Below are positions 39,440-48,923 of a stretch of DNA of 64,000 bases, one piece after another. Source of the stretch: an uncultured Acidobacteriota bacterium (GTDB lineage Bacteria > Acidobacteriota > UBA6911 > CAINFC01); contig CAZTVS010000002.1 in NCBI GenBank assembly GCA_964617125.1, forward strand, positions 5,369 to 69,368, read 5' to 3'. Under the pieces are notes generated by a model. The model had not been told where the DNA came from. It ran no database searches and was given only the letters and a program-made list of their open reading frames with translations. Numbering within the stretch: position 1 is the stretch's first letter; every line of letters starts with the position of its first letter. The position numbers were made by a program, and so were the translations under genes.

Positions 39440-40390
39440 TTAAAGAATTGGAGTAACCGTTGCCCGACGGATCCAGATGCGGCCATGATCTCCCTGTATC
39501 ATAACGGGACCTGGTTCTGCCTCATTGGCATCCAGAGCGCCGCCGGTTATCCCCTCCAGCACGACATTGTCGTGAACTTTCACGCCGTTGAGTGACACAG
39601 TAACCCGATTTCCGACTACCACAGCTTCCATGGACTGCCATTCTCCGGCAGGTTTGCTGGCGTTGGTATTGGGAGGCACCCGGCTATAAACGGCCATGTG
39701 TCCATGTTTGTTGACAGGGCTTCCGGCATCATCCAGGACCTGCAGTTCATAGCGGCCCCGCAGATAGATACCGCTGTTGCTTTTAGCCCCCAGTTTGTAT
39801 TCCACCTGTATCTTGAAATTCAGGAATTTTTGATGAGAGATGAGATTATTGGCACTCGGTACATTCTCTGCAATTCCGTCAACCACCGTCCAGCCGGATG
39901 GTCGGGCAGGATATTGCAAAGACCACCCCGTCAGACTTTTCCCGTCGAAAAGCTCGACCGGTGGACCGTATTTATGAGCACCGTTGGCGTTGTAGCTTTT
40001 CCATTGGGGAGGACGAACTCCCACCCAGGAAATCTTTTCTTTCCCGGTATCCAGAACGCCCATCAGCTTTTTCCCCTTCACCACCGCCCGGTGGACCTGC
40101 TTGGGTTTTTCCGGATTTTTTGGGTCGGCCCCATAGGCAAAAACAAGTTCGTTTTTCTGCAACGAGATCTCAGGTAAGGGGAATACGCTGCCGCCGCGAT
40201 TGAGAAAGTCACCAGCGAGCTTTCCCCCTTCCATTTTCACTTCGAGCCAATACACGTAGACGCCTTTTTCCGTCTGGGCCATAATGTCCCATTTGCCCAA
40301 AAAGGACTTGGTATTTTGCGCCGACAACACACAGGTCCCGAAGAGCAGCAACAACAGGACCGCCGCACCGGCGAGTTTCCTTCTTTTCAT
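39440..40390 (-). CDS. Secreted DUF1080 (3-keto-disaccharide hydrolase) domain protein
   Basis: LFDGKSLTGW, NSGIYLRGRYELQVLD, GEWQSME, V.LNGVKV, and GPVMIQGDHG. Confidence 0.88.
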   Translation of the reverse strand: MKRRKLAGAAVLLLLLFGTCVLSAQNTKSFLGKWDIMAQTEKGVYVYWLEVKMEGGKLAGDFLNRGGSVFPLPEISLQKNELVFAYGADPKNPEKPKQVHRAVVKGKKLMGVLDTGKEKISWVGVRPPQWKSYNANGAHKYGPPVELFDGKSLTGWSLQYPARPSGWTVVDGIAENVPSANNLISHQKFLNFKIQVEYKLGAKSNSGIYLRGRYELQVLDDAGSPVNKHGHMAVYSRVPPNTNASKPAGEWQSMEAVVVGNRVTVSLNGVKVHDNVVLEGITGGALDANEAEPGPVMIQGDHGRIWIRRATVTPIL

Positions 40391-40502
40391 AAAAACGACT
40401 CCTTTCTATTTTTAGGTTAAAATACATCTTCCCGGTTTTCGAAGTAAAGACATTATCATCATTATTACCTCCAGTCATCAAGAAAGAGAAGGAGCTCCTA
40501 TC

Positions 40503-41717
40503 GTGCCGGAAAACGATTTTCAACAAGATGCCAAACTGCTATACCGACGGCTGGACGCTCTCTTTAGTAATCTCCCTCCCGATTCGTCTCAAAGGCAATT
40601 ATTACGGGTCTTTCTGGACGATCTTTATACCACCTTCCGGGACGATCTGCGGTTGGAAGCGGTTTTTCTTTACCAGGAGAGGCGGACCCGTTTCAGCCTG
40701 GTCGACTACATAGGTTGTATCGAATCGCTCCCCAGTAAATTGCTTCATCCTAAAAGTCTTCCGGTGAAGCTGGTGTTCGAGCATCTCGTATATATCTTCC
40801 CCGATCCCAATCGCAAAGAATCCCCGACGCAAAACCAATCCTTTCCTTTTCAGGCTTCCGCCGGTATGGCGCTGGGAGAAACCCCGGACCGTTTTCTGAT
40901 CTTCTTTGTTCTGAATTCGGGCTGGAACCGGGAAGAACTCGATTTTCTGCTCAACACGGTCCGTGCCGCTCTAGGATCCCGTCTGGTGGAAAGCCGGCTC
41001 CGCGGTACTTTCCGGGAGGCGGCGGAAATTCAAAAAAGCCTGTTGCCCTCGCGCGCCCCCAACTTCCCCGGATACGATATCGCCAGTCTGAGCATACCGG
41101 CGGAAGAGGTGGGTGGCGACTTCTTCGACTATTACTCCCTGGACACGCAGATCCTCGGGTTTTCCATCGGAGATGCCAGCGGACACGGATTGCCGGCCGC
41201 TTTGCTGGTTCGGGACCTGGTGATCGGTCTGCGCATGGGCCTGGAAAAGGAATTCAAGGTCACTCATGTCTTCAATAAACTGAATCGTGTCATCCATCGC
41301 AGCCGTTTATCGAGCCGTTTTGTTTCCCTCTTTTATGTAGAGATGGAGGACAACGGCAATTTGATGTACGTCAATGCCGGACACCAACCGCCCCTTCTCT
41401 TCAGCCAGAGTACCGTCCAGGAATTGACCATCGGCGGCACAGTCATCGGACCCCTGGCCGAGGCCCGCTTCCGCAGAGGTTTTGCCTGCATGAAAAAGGG
41501 CGATTTCCTCGTGGCCTTCACCGATGGAATCATCGAGAGGAGAAATCCGGCAGGAGAGCTCTTCGGCGTCGAGCGATTGAAGGAGATGATTCAGAAGGAC
41601 AAGACGAGTTCCGCTTCCGTTCTCATCGATCGCATCGTCGGCGTGGTTCGTGATTTTGGCGGCGGAATCCCATGGGAAGACGATGCCACCATCAGCATCT
41701 TGAAATACAACGGATAG
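40503..41717 (+). CDS. PP2C/SpoIIE (RsbU-like) Ser/Thr phosphatase with uncharacterised N-terminal domain
   Basis: IQKSLLP, VGGDFFD, IGDASGHGLPAAL, NAGHQPP, FTDGIIE, and DDAT. GTG start with RBS. Confidence 0.92.
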   Translation: MPENDFQQDAKLLYRRLDALFSNLPPDSSQRQLLRVFLDDLYTTFRDDLRLEAVFLYQERRTRFSLVDYIGCIESLPSKLLHPKSLPVKLVFEHLVYIFPDPNRKESPTQNQSFPFQASAGMALGETPDRFLIFFVLNSGWNREELDFLLNTVRAALGSRLVESRLRGTFREAAEIQKSLLPSRAPNFPGYDIASLSIPAEEVGGDFFDYYSLDTQILGFSIGDASGHGLPAALLVRDLVIGLRMGLEKEFKVTHVFNKLNRVIHRSRLSSRFVSLFYVEMEDNGNLMYVNAGHQPPLLFSQSTVQELTIGGTVIGPLAEARFRRGFACMKKGDFLVAFTDGIIERRNPAGELFGVERLKEMIQKDKTSSASVLIDRIVGVVRDFGGGIPWEDDATISILKYNG

Positions 41718-41764
41718 GGGCGAAGCGTTTTCGCCCCCATCCGTCGGCAATCGGAAAACACAGG

Positions 41765-42778
41765 TTAAAGCTGTAAATCCGCCTTAGCTTTATTCAACAG
41801 ATTATCTAGCCCGTCGAGGGTGTTCTTGTTTCGCGGCTTATAGATCTGTTCCAGATACTCCCGGGCCTTGGCAGCCGTAGCTTTGCCCAGTACAACCGTT
41901 TTGGCGAAGGAAGCCATGGCGTTGTCCAGGTCCTGCAGGCGCCATTGACTCATACCCATGAGGAAGTAGGCATAGTCGTTCTGCGGATAGATTTTCACCG
42001 CCTCTGTGCCATTCTGCACCGCACCGGCATAATCCTTCTTCTGGTAAGCGGAGGTCATCTTGGCCGCATAAGCAGCCACCTTTTTCGGTTTCCAATGATC
42101 GTCCGTCCAGCCTGCGGGAGGATTGTTGGGGAAGGTCTGCAGCATCAGGTTATAGTACTCTACCGATTTGTCTATGTTTTTCTGCGTGTAATAGTATTCG
42201 CCCAGCCAGGCAATCAGCCCGATCCCCTTTTCCGGTCCGAGTGTTTCGATCGCCTTAGGGGCATATTCGGCGGCCTTGGCGGAATTGTTGGTCGATATGT
42301 AGCATTCGGCCAATATCGCCGCTACCTGCCCATCCGGTTTGGAGGCGTATATCTGTTCCCCTAAGGTGATGGCCTCGGCAAAGTTTTTCGCCTGGTATGC
42401 TTTGATCATCTTCTTTTCCGGTCCCTCCAGGTTAGGGAACAGGCTGGTCATTTTTGCGGTCAGAGCACTTGCTTTGTCGTTTTGCCCGGCTTTCTTGTAT
42501 TCCTCCAGGATCTGAGAATAGAATGCCGGAAAATACTGGACGATCTTTGCTTTCGGATTGACGGCTTTCATGAAACCGTCCAGCTTTGCCTCCCGTTCAC
42601 CCACCGGGAGTTTCATGATTCCCTCTACCACTTCCAAATGTTTACCATATACCCATTCGGATTCTACCGGAATTCCAGCCGGTATCTGCACAGGGTCCTG
42701 GGCCATGCCTCGCAACAGAAAGCATAAAAAGAATAAAAAGGAAACATGGACGGCAAACTTAAAAAAACCAGTTTTCAT
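41765..42778 (-). CDS. Secreted TPR-repeat protein
   Basis: Signal peptide, then helical repeats such as YAGAVQNGTEAVKIYPQNDYAYFLMG. Confidence 0.7.
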   Translation of the reverse strand: MKTGFFKFAVHVSFLFFLCFLLRGMAQDPVQIPAGIPVESEWVYGKHLEVVEGIMKLPVGEREAKLDGFMKAVNPKAKIVQYFPAFYSQILEEYKKAGQNDKASALTAKMTSLFPNLEGPEKKMIKAYQAKNFAEAITLGEQIYASKPDGQVAAILAECYISTNNSAKAAEYAPKAIETLGPEKGIGLIAWLGEYYYTQKNIDKSVEYYNLMLQTFPNNPPAGWTDDHWKPKKVAAYAAKMTSAYQKKDYAGAVQNGTEAVKIYPQNDYAYFLMGMSQWRLQDLDNAMASFAKTVVLGKATAAKAREYLEQIYKPRNKNTLDGLDNLLNKAKADLQL

Positions 42779-42895
42779 CTGGCAATCCTCCTTACAAACG
42801 TTGAAGTGTTGAATGCCTACTTTTTTTTTGAATGCTATACGTTACTAAAAAAATTCCGGCCGGCAAAGGTTTTTTTTCATTATTGTGTATGGCAA

Positions 42896-43699
42896 TCAGG
42901 ACCGAATCCGGTGGGTTTTCTCCTTGGGGATCAATCGGATCTCATATAAATAGGGCCAATACTTGCCGGTAACGAACAAACGATTCCCTTTGTCGTCATA
43001 GGCGATCCCGTTGAGCACATCGGTATTTTGCCGATCCGGCAACGGAAGCAGATTCTTGAGGTCGATCCATCCGAGTACCTGCCCACTCACCGGCGAGATG
43101 CGCGCGATACGATCCTGCTGCCAGATATTGGCAAAGACTTCTCCTTTGATATATTCCAGCTCGTTGAGCTGGTGAATGGAATTGGTTCCCTCTTTTACCT
43201 CCAGCCACCTTTCCACTCTGCGATTCTCCGGATCCAGGAAGTAAAGATAACTGGTACCGTCACTGAGGATCCAGCGGGAATCGTCGGACGTGATCCCCCA
43301 GCCCTCCGTAGTGTAACGGAATTGGTCCTCCATCTGAAAAGAATCCTTGTCGTAGATGAATCCGACCCCATTGGTCCAGGTCAGCTGGATAATCCGTTCT
43401 TTCCAGAAGGTCAAGCCTTCCCCGAAATATTGAGCGGCCAAATCCACCTTTTGCAGGACCTTTCCGGTTTCCAGTTCTACCCGCCTCAGACTCGATTGCC
43501 CGTGGATGCCGGTGCTTTCATACAAATATCCATCGTGAAAAGCCAGCCCCTGGGTGAAGGCCTTGGGATCATGAGGGTAACGATGAACCGTGCGAAAGGT
43601 GTATTCGGCCGGTGCGGTGGACGCGACCGCAGCACTCCCACCCTGCGGTTGTATCAAGGTCATCAAGCATAAGGTCAGAAGACAGATCCACCGAAGCAA
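42896..43699 (-). CDS. Glutaminyl-peptide cyclotransferase (Glu_cyclase_2, plant/bacterial beta-propeller type)
   Basis: PHDPKAFTQGL, ESTG, FGEG, QLTW, EGWG, SDGT, LNELE, ANIWQ, VLNGIAYD, and FVTGKYWP. Confidence 0.95.
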   Translation of the reverse strand: MLRWICLLTLCLMTLIQPQGGSAAVASTAPAEYTFRTVHRYPHDPKAFTQGLAFHDGYLYESTGIHGQSSLRRVELETGKVLQKVDLAAQYFGEGLTFWKERIIQLTWTNGVGFIYDKDSFQMEDQFRYTTEGWGITSDDSRWILSDGTSYLYFLDPENRRVERWLEVKEGTNSIHQLNELEYIKGEVFANIWQQDRIARISPVSGQVLGWIDLKNLLPLPDRQNTDVLNGIAYDDKGNRLFVTGKYWPYLYEIRLIPKEKTHRIRS

Positions 43700-43807
43700 T
43701 TTTCAGGCTCCTTTCATCCGATGAACAAAAAGTAGGATAAACCGTATCGACGGAAGGTTCAACTGCCGGACCGGAATTAACCCGGACCGACGGCAAGCCG
43801 GGAAAAG

Positions 43808-44362
43808 TCAATCCCAACGCCCACGCAAGATGTCCTGGGTTTGAAATACTTTCGCATACGTGCCGATCAGAGCGGCCAGGAAGGCAGCCTGCACATCCTG
43901 TGCGGATACGAGGCGATCTCCATACTGCAATGCCCGAGTGGCACAGGCATCGGCAACTACCCGGCACTCCAACCCGTAGTCGACGGCCGCGCGGACTGCC
44001 GCATGTACGCACATGTGTGTCATCATTCCGGCCACAACCAAACGGGAGACTTCCTGACTCTTCAGGCGGACCAGCAAATCGGTGTCCCGAAAACTGTTAG
44101 GGAATTGCTTTTGCACCAGAATTTCCCCTTCCTGCGGCCTTACCAGGGAGTGGATTTCCGCACCGAAGGAATCCGGCAGGAAAAAGGAAGCCCCGGGTCG
44201 GCGGGAAATATGCTGAACATGGAAAATGGGCAAGGATTGTTGACGGAAGAAAGAGAGCAGCTCCGAAGCCCTTTGTGCCGCCGCCTCGCTTCCCTCCAGT
44301 TCCATTTTCCCTCCCGGGAAGTAATCGTTCTGTATGTCGATAAGAAGCAACCCTGTATTCAT
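43808..44362 (-). CDS. Cysteine hydrolase / isochorismatase family
   Basis: LLLIDIQNDYF, KQFPNSF, and GMMTHMCV (catalytic D-K-C). ATG 44362 preferred. Confidence 0.92.
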   Translation of the reverse strand: MNTGLLLIDIQNDYFPGGKMELEGSEAAAQRASELLSFFRQQSLPIFHVQHISRRPGASFFLPDSFGAEIHSLVRPQEGEILVQKQFPNSFRDTDLLVRLKSQEVSRLVVAGMMTHMCVHAAVRAAVDYGLECRVVADACATRALQYGDRLVSAQDVQAAFLAALIGTYAKVFQTQDILRGRWD

Positions 44363-44528
44363 TCTTTCTCTATGCCTTTCCCTGCATATGGTGGTTTGGA
44401 TTCCGATCATTCTCCAGCCGACTTGCCTCTCATTCGATCCGGACACTCTCCGGACGGGATCGTCGACCGGCACAGAGATTGTAACACTCTTTTTTCGGCT
44501 TTTCGCTGACCGGCCGTGAACCGTTCGG

Positions 44529-44558
44529 TTGACAAAAGCCGATCCCCTTGTTTAGTAT
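44529..44558 (+). promoter_or_regulatory. Candidate sigma70 promoter for the Gfo/Idh/MocA-crcB region
   Basis: TTGACA (44529-44534)-N18-TAGTAT (44553-44558). Confidence 0.45.
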
Positions 44559-44624
44559 CCTAGGTATAGAAGCGCCGTATAACGGCAGGTATCAACCATC
44601 AGGCATCCAACAATCGACAACACC

Positions 44625-45938
44625 ATGAAAAGAATCGATCGACGTCATTTTATACACACCTCTACTGCCGTCTTTGCCGTTGCAGGGTCTGTCCCCGAAA
44701 GGACTTCCGCCGGACTATCCCCGATCGTTCAGGACGATCGGAAACGGAAGATCGGACTCATCGGCTGCGGCTGGTACGGCATGGTCGATGTGCAATCCGC
44801 ATGCAAGGCCGGAGGGGTGGAAATTGTGGCCCTTTGCGATGTGGACAGCGACCATCTCGACCGGTCTGCCGAAGCAGTGGAGAAACTGCAGGGCAAGCGT
44901 CCTCGGACCTTCAAGCTGTACACCGACCTGCTGCAAACACCCGGCCTAGAAGCGGTCATCATCGCCACCCCGCCTCAATGGCACGCCCTGCAGTTTATTG
45001 CCGCCTGCGAGAAAGGATTGGATATCTACTGCGAAAAGCCCCTGGCCTACGACATACGGGAAAGCCGGGCGATGGTGGAAGCGGCCCGTAAAAGCGGCCG
45101 TATCGTCCAAATCGGTTTTCAGCGCCGTCATGCCGCCGGTTTCCAACAGGCTCGCGATTATCTGCAGACGGGAGCCGCCGGGCGCATCATCTGCGTCGAT
45201 GCCCAGATCCACTATACGGCAGGGATTAAAGATGCCACTCCCCAAACGCCTCCGTCAACCCTCGATTGGGACCTGTGGTGCGGTCCGGCCCCCAAGATCC
45301 CCTACTGCCCGCAAGTCGGCCATATGAACTGGCGCCTGGAAAAAACCACCGGACATGGTCACCTGGTCGACTGGGGCATTCATCTGATGGATGCCACCCG
45401 CTGGATTTTGGGCGAATCCATGCCGCATACCGTCTCGGCCCAGGGAGGCTTATACTACCTCAAGGACCGAATCACCACACCCGACGTTCTGACCGCTCAT
45501 TTCGAATTCGAACGATGCCCCGTTACCTGGCGGCACAGAATCTGGGGAGCGGAAGAGTATGCTCCGGAGGTCGCCAACGGACTTTTCTTTTATGCTGAAA
45601 AAGAAACCGTATTCGTGACCGACAACTACTGGATGGTCATCCCGAAAGGGAAAGGCAAAGAGCGCGTGCGCCATGAAGCCAAGTCGGACGCCGCGGTCCT
45701 GCACATGGCCGACTTTCTCGAAGCGGTACAAAAACGGGTCCAACCGACATGCCGGATCGAAGACGCCCATCAATCGACCGTCAGCGTCAAACTGGCCATG
45801 ATCGCCTACGATACCGGGTCCCGGATCCGATGGGACGCCAAATCGGAAGAAATCCTCGACCATCCAGACGCCGCCAGGTTGTTGCAACGCGCCTACCGTT
45901 CTCCCTGGAAACATCCCTATCGAGTTTCCGACTCATAA
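44625..45938 (+). CDS. Gfo/Idh/MocA family oxidoreductase, Tat-exported
   Basis: DRRHF twin-arginine motif, IGLIGCGWYG, IATPPQWH, YCEKP, and DWGIH. Confidence 0.92.
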   Translation: MKRIDRRHFIHTSTAVFAVAGSVPERTSAGLSPIVQDDRKRKIGLIGCGWYGMVDVQSACKAGGVEIVALCDVDSDHLDRSAEAVEKLQGKRPRTFKLYTDLLQTPGLEAVIIATPPQWHALQFIAACEKGLDIYCEKPLAYDIRESRAMVEAARKSGRIVQIGFQRRHAAGFQQARDYLQTGAAGRIICVDAQIHYTAGIKDATPQTPPSTLDWDLWCGPAPKIPYCPQVGHMNWRLEKTTGHGHLVDWGIHLMDATRWILGESMPHTVSAQGGLYYLKDRITTPDVLTAHFEFERCPVTWRHRIWGAEEYAPEVANGLFFYAEKETVFVTDNYWMVIPKGKGKERVRHEAKSDAAVLHMADFLEAVQKRVQPTCRIEDAHQSTVSVKLAMIAYDTGSRIRWDAKSEEILDHPDAARLLQRAYRSPWKHPYRVSDS

Positions 45939-45979
45939 CGATAATGGCCGGCAAAAACTGACTTTTCCTGAGTGGAGTT

Positions 45980-46378
45980 ATGAGCGGATATTTTTGGGTG
46001 GCAATCGGCGGGGCACTGGGCAGCGTGGCCAGATTCTGGTGTTCCGGGTTTGTCGCAAGGCATGTTGGCGACACCTTCCCCTGGGGGACTTTCTTTGTCA
46101 ATGTCCTTGGTTCCTTCATCATAGGATTCTTCGCCACTCTGACCGGTCCCGATGGGCGATGGCTGGTAAGTCCCTCGGTCCGCCAGTTTGTCATGATCGG
46201 GGTGTGCGGAGGCTATACGACCTTTTCCTCCTTCAGTCTGCAAACTCTTACCCTTGCCCAGGATGGAGAGTGGTTTCGGGTGGGAGCCAATATTTTTCTT
46301 TCTGTGACCTTTTGCCTGGTCGGTGTCTGGGCCGGATCCCTGCTGGCGGCAAATCTCGATATCCTAAAGGGCAACTGA
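45980..46378 (+). CDS. crcB: Fluoride efflux channel Fluc/CrcB
   Basis: GGALGSVARF, FPWGTFFVNVLGSF, and GVCGGYTTFSSF. Confidence 0.96.
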   Translation: MSGYFWVAIGGALGSVARFWCSGFVARHVGDTFPWGTFFVNVLGSFIIGFFATLTGPDGRWLVSPSVRQFVMIGVCGGYTTFSSFSLQTLTLAQDGEWFRVGANIFLSVTFCLVGVWAGSLLAANLDILKGN

Positions 46379-46379
46379 A

Positions 46380-46757
46380 ATGCATATCCCTCAGGAAGCG
46401 ATGCTGTTACGAATTTTTATCGGCGAAACAGATCAGTGGCATCACAAACCTCTCTATGAAGCCATCGTGCTGAAAGCCCGCGAAGCGCATCTGGCCGGCG
46501 CCACCGTCCTGCGGGGTCCCATGGGCTACGGCAAATCCAGCAGACTGCACACTTCCAAAATCCTCCGCCTGTCCATGGACCTGCCTTTGGTTATAGAAAT
46601 TGTCGACAGAGAGGAGAAGATTCGCAGTTTCTTGCCTTCTCTGGACGAGATGATGAAGGGAGGACTGGTTACCTTGGAAAAGGTGCAGGTCATCGATTAC
46701 CGTGCCGACCACCGGAACGAACCGGATAATGCCTGCCCGGCACAAAGCAAAACTTGA
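46380..46757 (+). CDS. DUF190 family protein (PII-like, usually paired with crcB)
   Basis: LRIFIGE, GATVLRG.MGYG, and LSMDLPLVIEIVD; starts 1 nt after the crcB stop. Confidence 0.92.
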   Translation: MHIPQEAMLLRIFIGETDQWHHKPLYEAIVLKAREAHLAGATVLRGPMGYGKSSRLHTSKILRLSMDLPLVIEIVDREEKIRSFLPSLDEMMKGGLVTLEKVQVIDYRADHRNEPDNACPAQSKT

Positions 46758-46776
46758 ACCGCCAAACAGGAAGAAT

Positions 46777-47562
46777 ATGAAAATACCCATGTATCAAGTG
46801 GACGCCTTTACTTCGGAAGTCTTCTCCGGCAATCCCGCCGCCGTATGCCTGTTGGAGGAGTGGATCGAGGATGGAATGCTGCAAGACATTGCCTTTGAAA
46901 ACAATCTGTCGGAAACCGCTTTCCTGGTGCGGAAGGAAGACGGCTTCGATCTTCGCTGGTTTACTCCGACCTCCGAGGTCGCCCTTTGCGGACACGCCAC
47001 TCTGGCGAGTGCCTTCGTCCTGTTTGCCATAAAAGACTGGCCGACGCCAGGGATACGGTTTCAAACACGCCGGAGCGGACAACTCGTCGTAGAGAGACAT
47101 GAGGATCTTCTGTGCATGGATTTTCCGGCAAGGCCCGCCCGTCCCATCGTTCAACCCGATGGGCTCAGGGAGGCGATGGGGGTCGTCCCCCTAAAGGTGT
47201 GCAGCTCTGCCGAAGACCTCCTGGTACTGCTCGACAGCGAAAAGACGGTCCGGGAGGTCAGGGCCGATTTCCCCGCGCTGAATCGATTGGATTATCGCGG
47301 AACGATCATCACCGCAGCGGGCGAAACGTGCGATTTTGTCTCCCGCTTCTTCGCCCCCCGGGTCGGAGTTCCGGAAGATCCGGTGACCGGTTCTTCCCAC
47401 TGTGTCCTGGTTCCTTACTGGGCGGATGCACTCGGAAAAAAGGACCTGCATGCCCTTCAGGTTTCCCGGCGCGGCGGCGAGCTTTTCTGTACTCACGCCG
47501 GAGAGAGGGTCAAGATTTCCGGAAAGGCAGTCCTGTATCTGGAAGGCACGATCACTGTCTGA
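46777..47562 (+). CDS. PhzF family isomerase/epimerase
   Basis: YQVDAFT...GNPAAV, NLSETAF, RWFTP.SEV.LCGHATLA, RFFAP..G..EDPVTGS, and RGG.L. Confidence 0.94.
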   Translation: MKIPMYQVDAFTSEVFSGNPAAVCLLEEWIEDGMLQDIAFENNLSETAFLVRKEDGFDLRWFTPTSEVALCGHATLASAFVLFAIKDWPTPGIRFQTRRSGQLVVERHEDLLCMDFPARPARPIVQPDGLREAMGVVPLKVCSSAEDLLVLLDSEKTVREVRADFPALNRLDYRGTIITAAGETCDFVSRFFAPRVGVPEDPVTGSSHCVLVPYWADALGKKDLHALQVSRRGGELFCTHAGERVKISGKAVLYLEGTITV

Positions 47563-47621
47563 TTCCCAGAACGTTTTTCTGCGATGCTCGTCCTGCTGTG
47601 GGATTGGCAGCCTCTCTGTGA

Positions 47622-48905
47622 TTACGTTTTCTTTACCTGTCCCTGAAGGTGCGAGAGGCTGCGGGCAGTCCGTATCTGTCCCTCCCACTTGCCGAAAACC
47701 TGCCCTTCGGCGGCCATCTGTTTCAGACGACGCTGAATCGCCGCCTCGGGATTCCCCGGTGGCATCTTCTTCCAGGGAGTTCCCGGAAGCGGCATGAAGG
47801 TATGGGCGTGGATGCGGGCGCCGTATCCGGCCAGGTTTTCCGCCAGTTGCAGGGAGGAATACGCTTCTTCCGTTTTCTCTCCGGGAAGGCCGAAGATGAT
47901 ATCGACCTGTGGCTTGAAACCATACTCCACGGCCAAACGTACCGCCGTTACCGCCTGCTCCAACGTGTGCCCGCGATGACAGGCCTGCAATAGACGATCC
48001 GTCCCTGCCTGAGCCCCGATCAGAAGATTGTCGTTGTCCACATAGGTCTTCAACAATCGCAGCGACTCCCGGGTAACATGTTCCGGGCGTACTTCCGAGG
48101 GGAATGTCCCAAAATAGATCTTCCCCCGGTTGCCGACAATGGATCGGACCGTTTCCAGCAATCGACCGACGCTTTCCAGCCGCAGGGTGCGATCGTTTGA
48201 CCCGTAGGATAGAGAAGAGGGAGATACGAAACGGATGTCTCTGAGTCCGGCCCGCTTCATGATCCTGGCCCAATGCCCGATGGCCTCTACGGACCGGTGA
48301 CGGAAACGAGGAGAAAAGAGATAGGAGATTTGACAATAACGACAGGCGAAAGGACATCCGCGGGTGATCTCCAGGGGCTGAAATCGGTTATGACGCAAGG
48401 GAAAGGGCGGAAAGGCATCGAGATCGACCTCCTCGCCTTTGCCGTTATGCAGGATCCGGTCACCGACTCTGGTGGAGATCCCGGGAAGAGTGCTGGTATC
48501 TTCGCCGTGCAACATGGCTTCCAGAAAAGTCACAGCGGTCCTTTCCCCTTCGCCGACCGCGACATAATCGAATCCCTCTGTCAGTGTCTGCTCCGGTTCG
48601 GCACTGGGGTGCGGTCCGCCGGCAAAATGGAGGATAGGAGCGTGGGGGAACCGCTTCTTCAGTCTCTTCAATTCCTTGCTTCTGCGGGAAAAATCGGCGG
48701 AACAGAACGACCAGGCCACAATCACCCGGCAAAAGCCTTGCAGCAGGAAACGGTCGATCTTCTCTTCCGCTTCGAGCAGGCTCTTGGCAAACTCGGTCTC
48801 CACCCCGGCCAGCGTCGCCGTCGATTCCACCGCGCCGGCAATGGCATTCAACGAATAGGCATTGTCGTGCCGGCTGAGAAATAAAAGAAGGATTTTACCG
48901 GGCAT
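47622..48905 (-). CDS. B12-binding-domain radical SAM protein (TIGR04013-like)
   Basis: N-terminal B12-binding-like GGPHPS..P and GEGE, CPFACRYC cluster motif, FGTFPSEVRPE, and RIHAHTFMPLPGTP. Confidence 0.85.
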   Translation of the reverse strand: MPGKILLLFLSRHDNAYSLNAIAGAVESTATLAGVETEFAKSLLEAEEKIDRFLLQGFCRVIVAWSFCSADFSRRSKELKRLKKRFPHAPILHFAGGPHPSAEPEQTLTEGFDYVAVGEGERTAVTFLEAMLHGEDTSTLPGISTRVGDRILHNGKGEEVDLDAFPPFPLRHNRFQPLEITRGCPFACRYCQISYLFSPRFRHRSVEAIGHWARIMKRAGLRDIRFVSPSSLSYGSNDRTLRLESVGRLLETVRSIVGNRGKIYFGTFPSEVRPEHVTRESLRLLKTYVDNDNLLIGAQAGTDRLLQACHRGHTLEQAVTAVRLAVEYGFKPQVDIIFGLPGEKTEEAYSSLQLAENLAGYGARIHAHTFMPLPGTPWKKMPPGNPEAAIQRRLKQMAAEGQVFGKWEGQIRTARSLSHLQGQVKKT

Positions 48906-48923
48906 CCGCAAACAGGTACCGAT

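Noticed and set aside
45900-45979. Fluoride riboswitch upstream of crcB
   Set aside because: The intergenic gap is only 41 nt and lacks the GGNGATGG...GCTRATGRCNCCT consensus. crcB appears to be read from the upstream gene's transcript.
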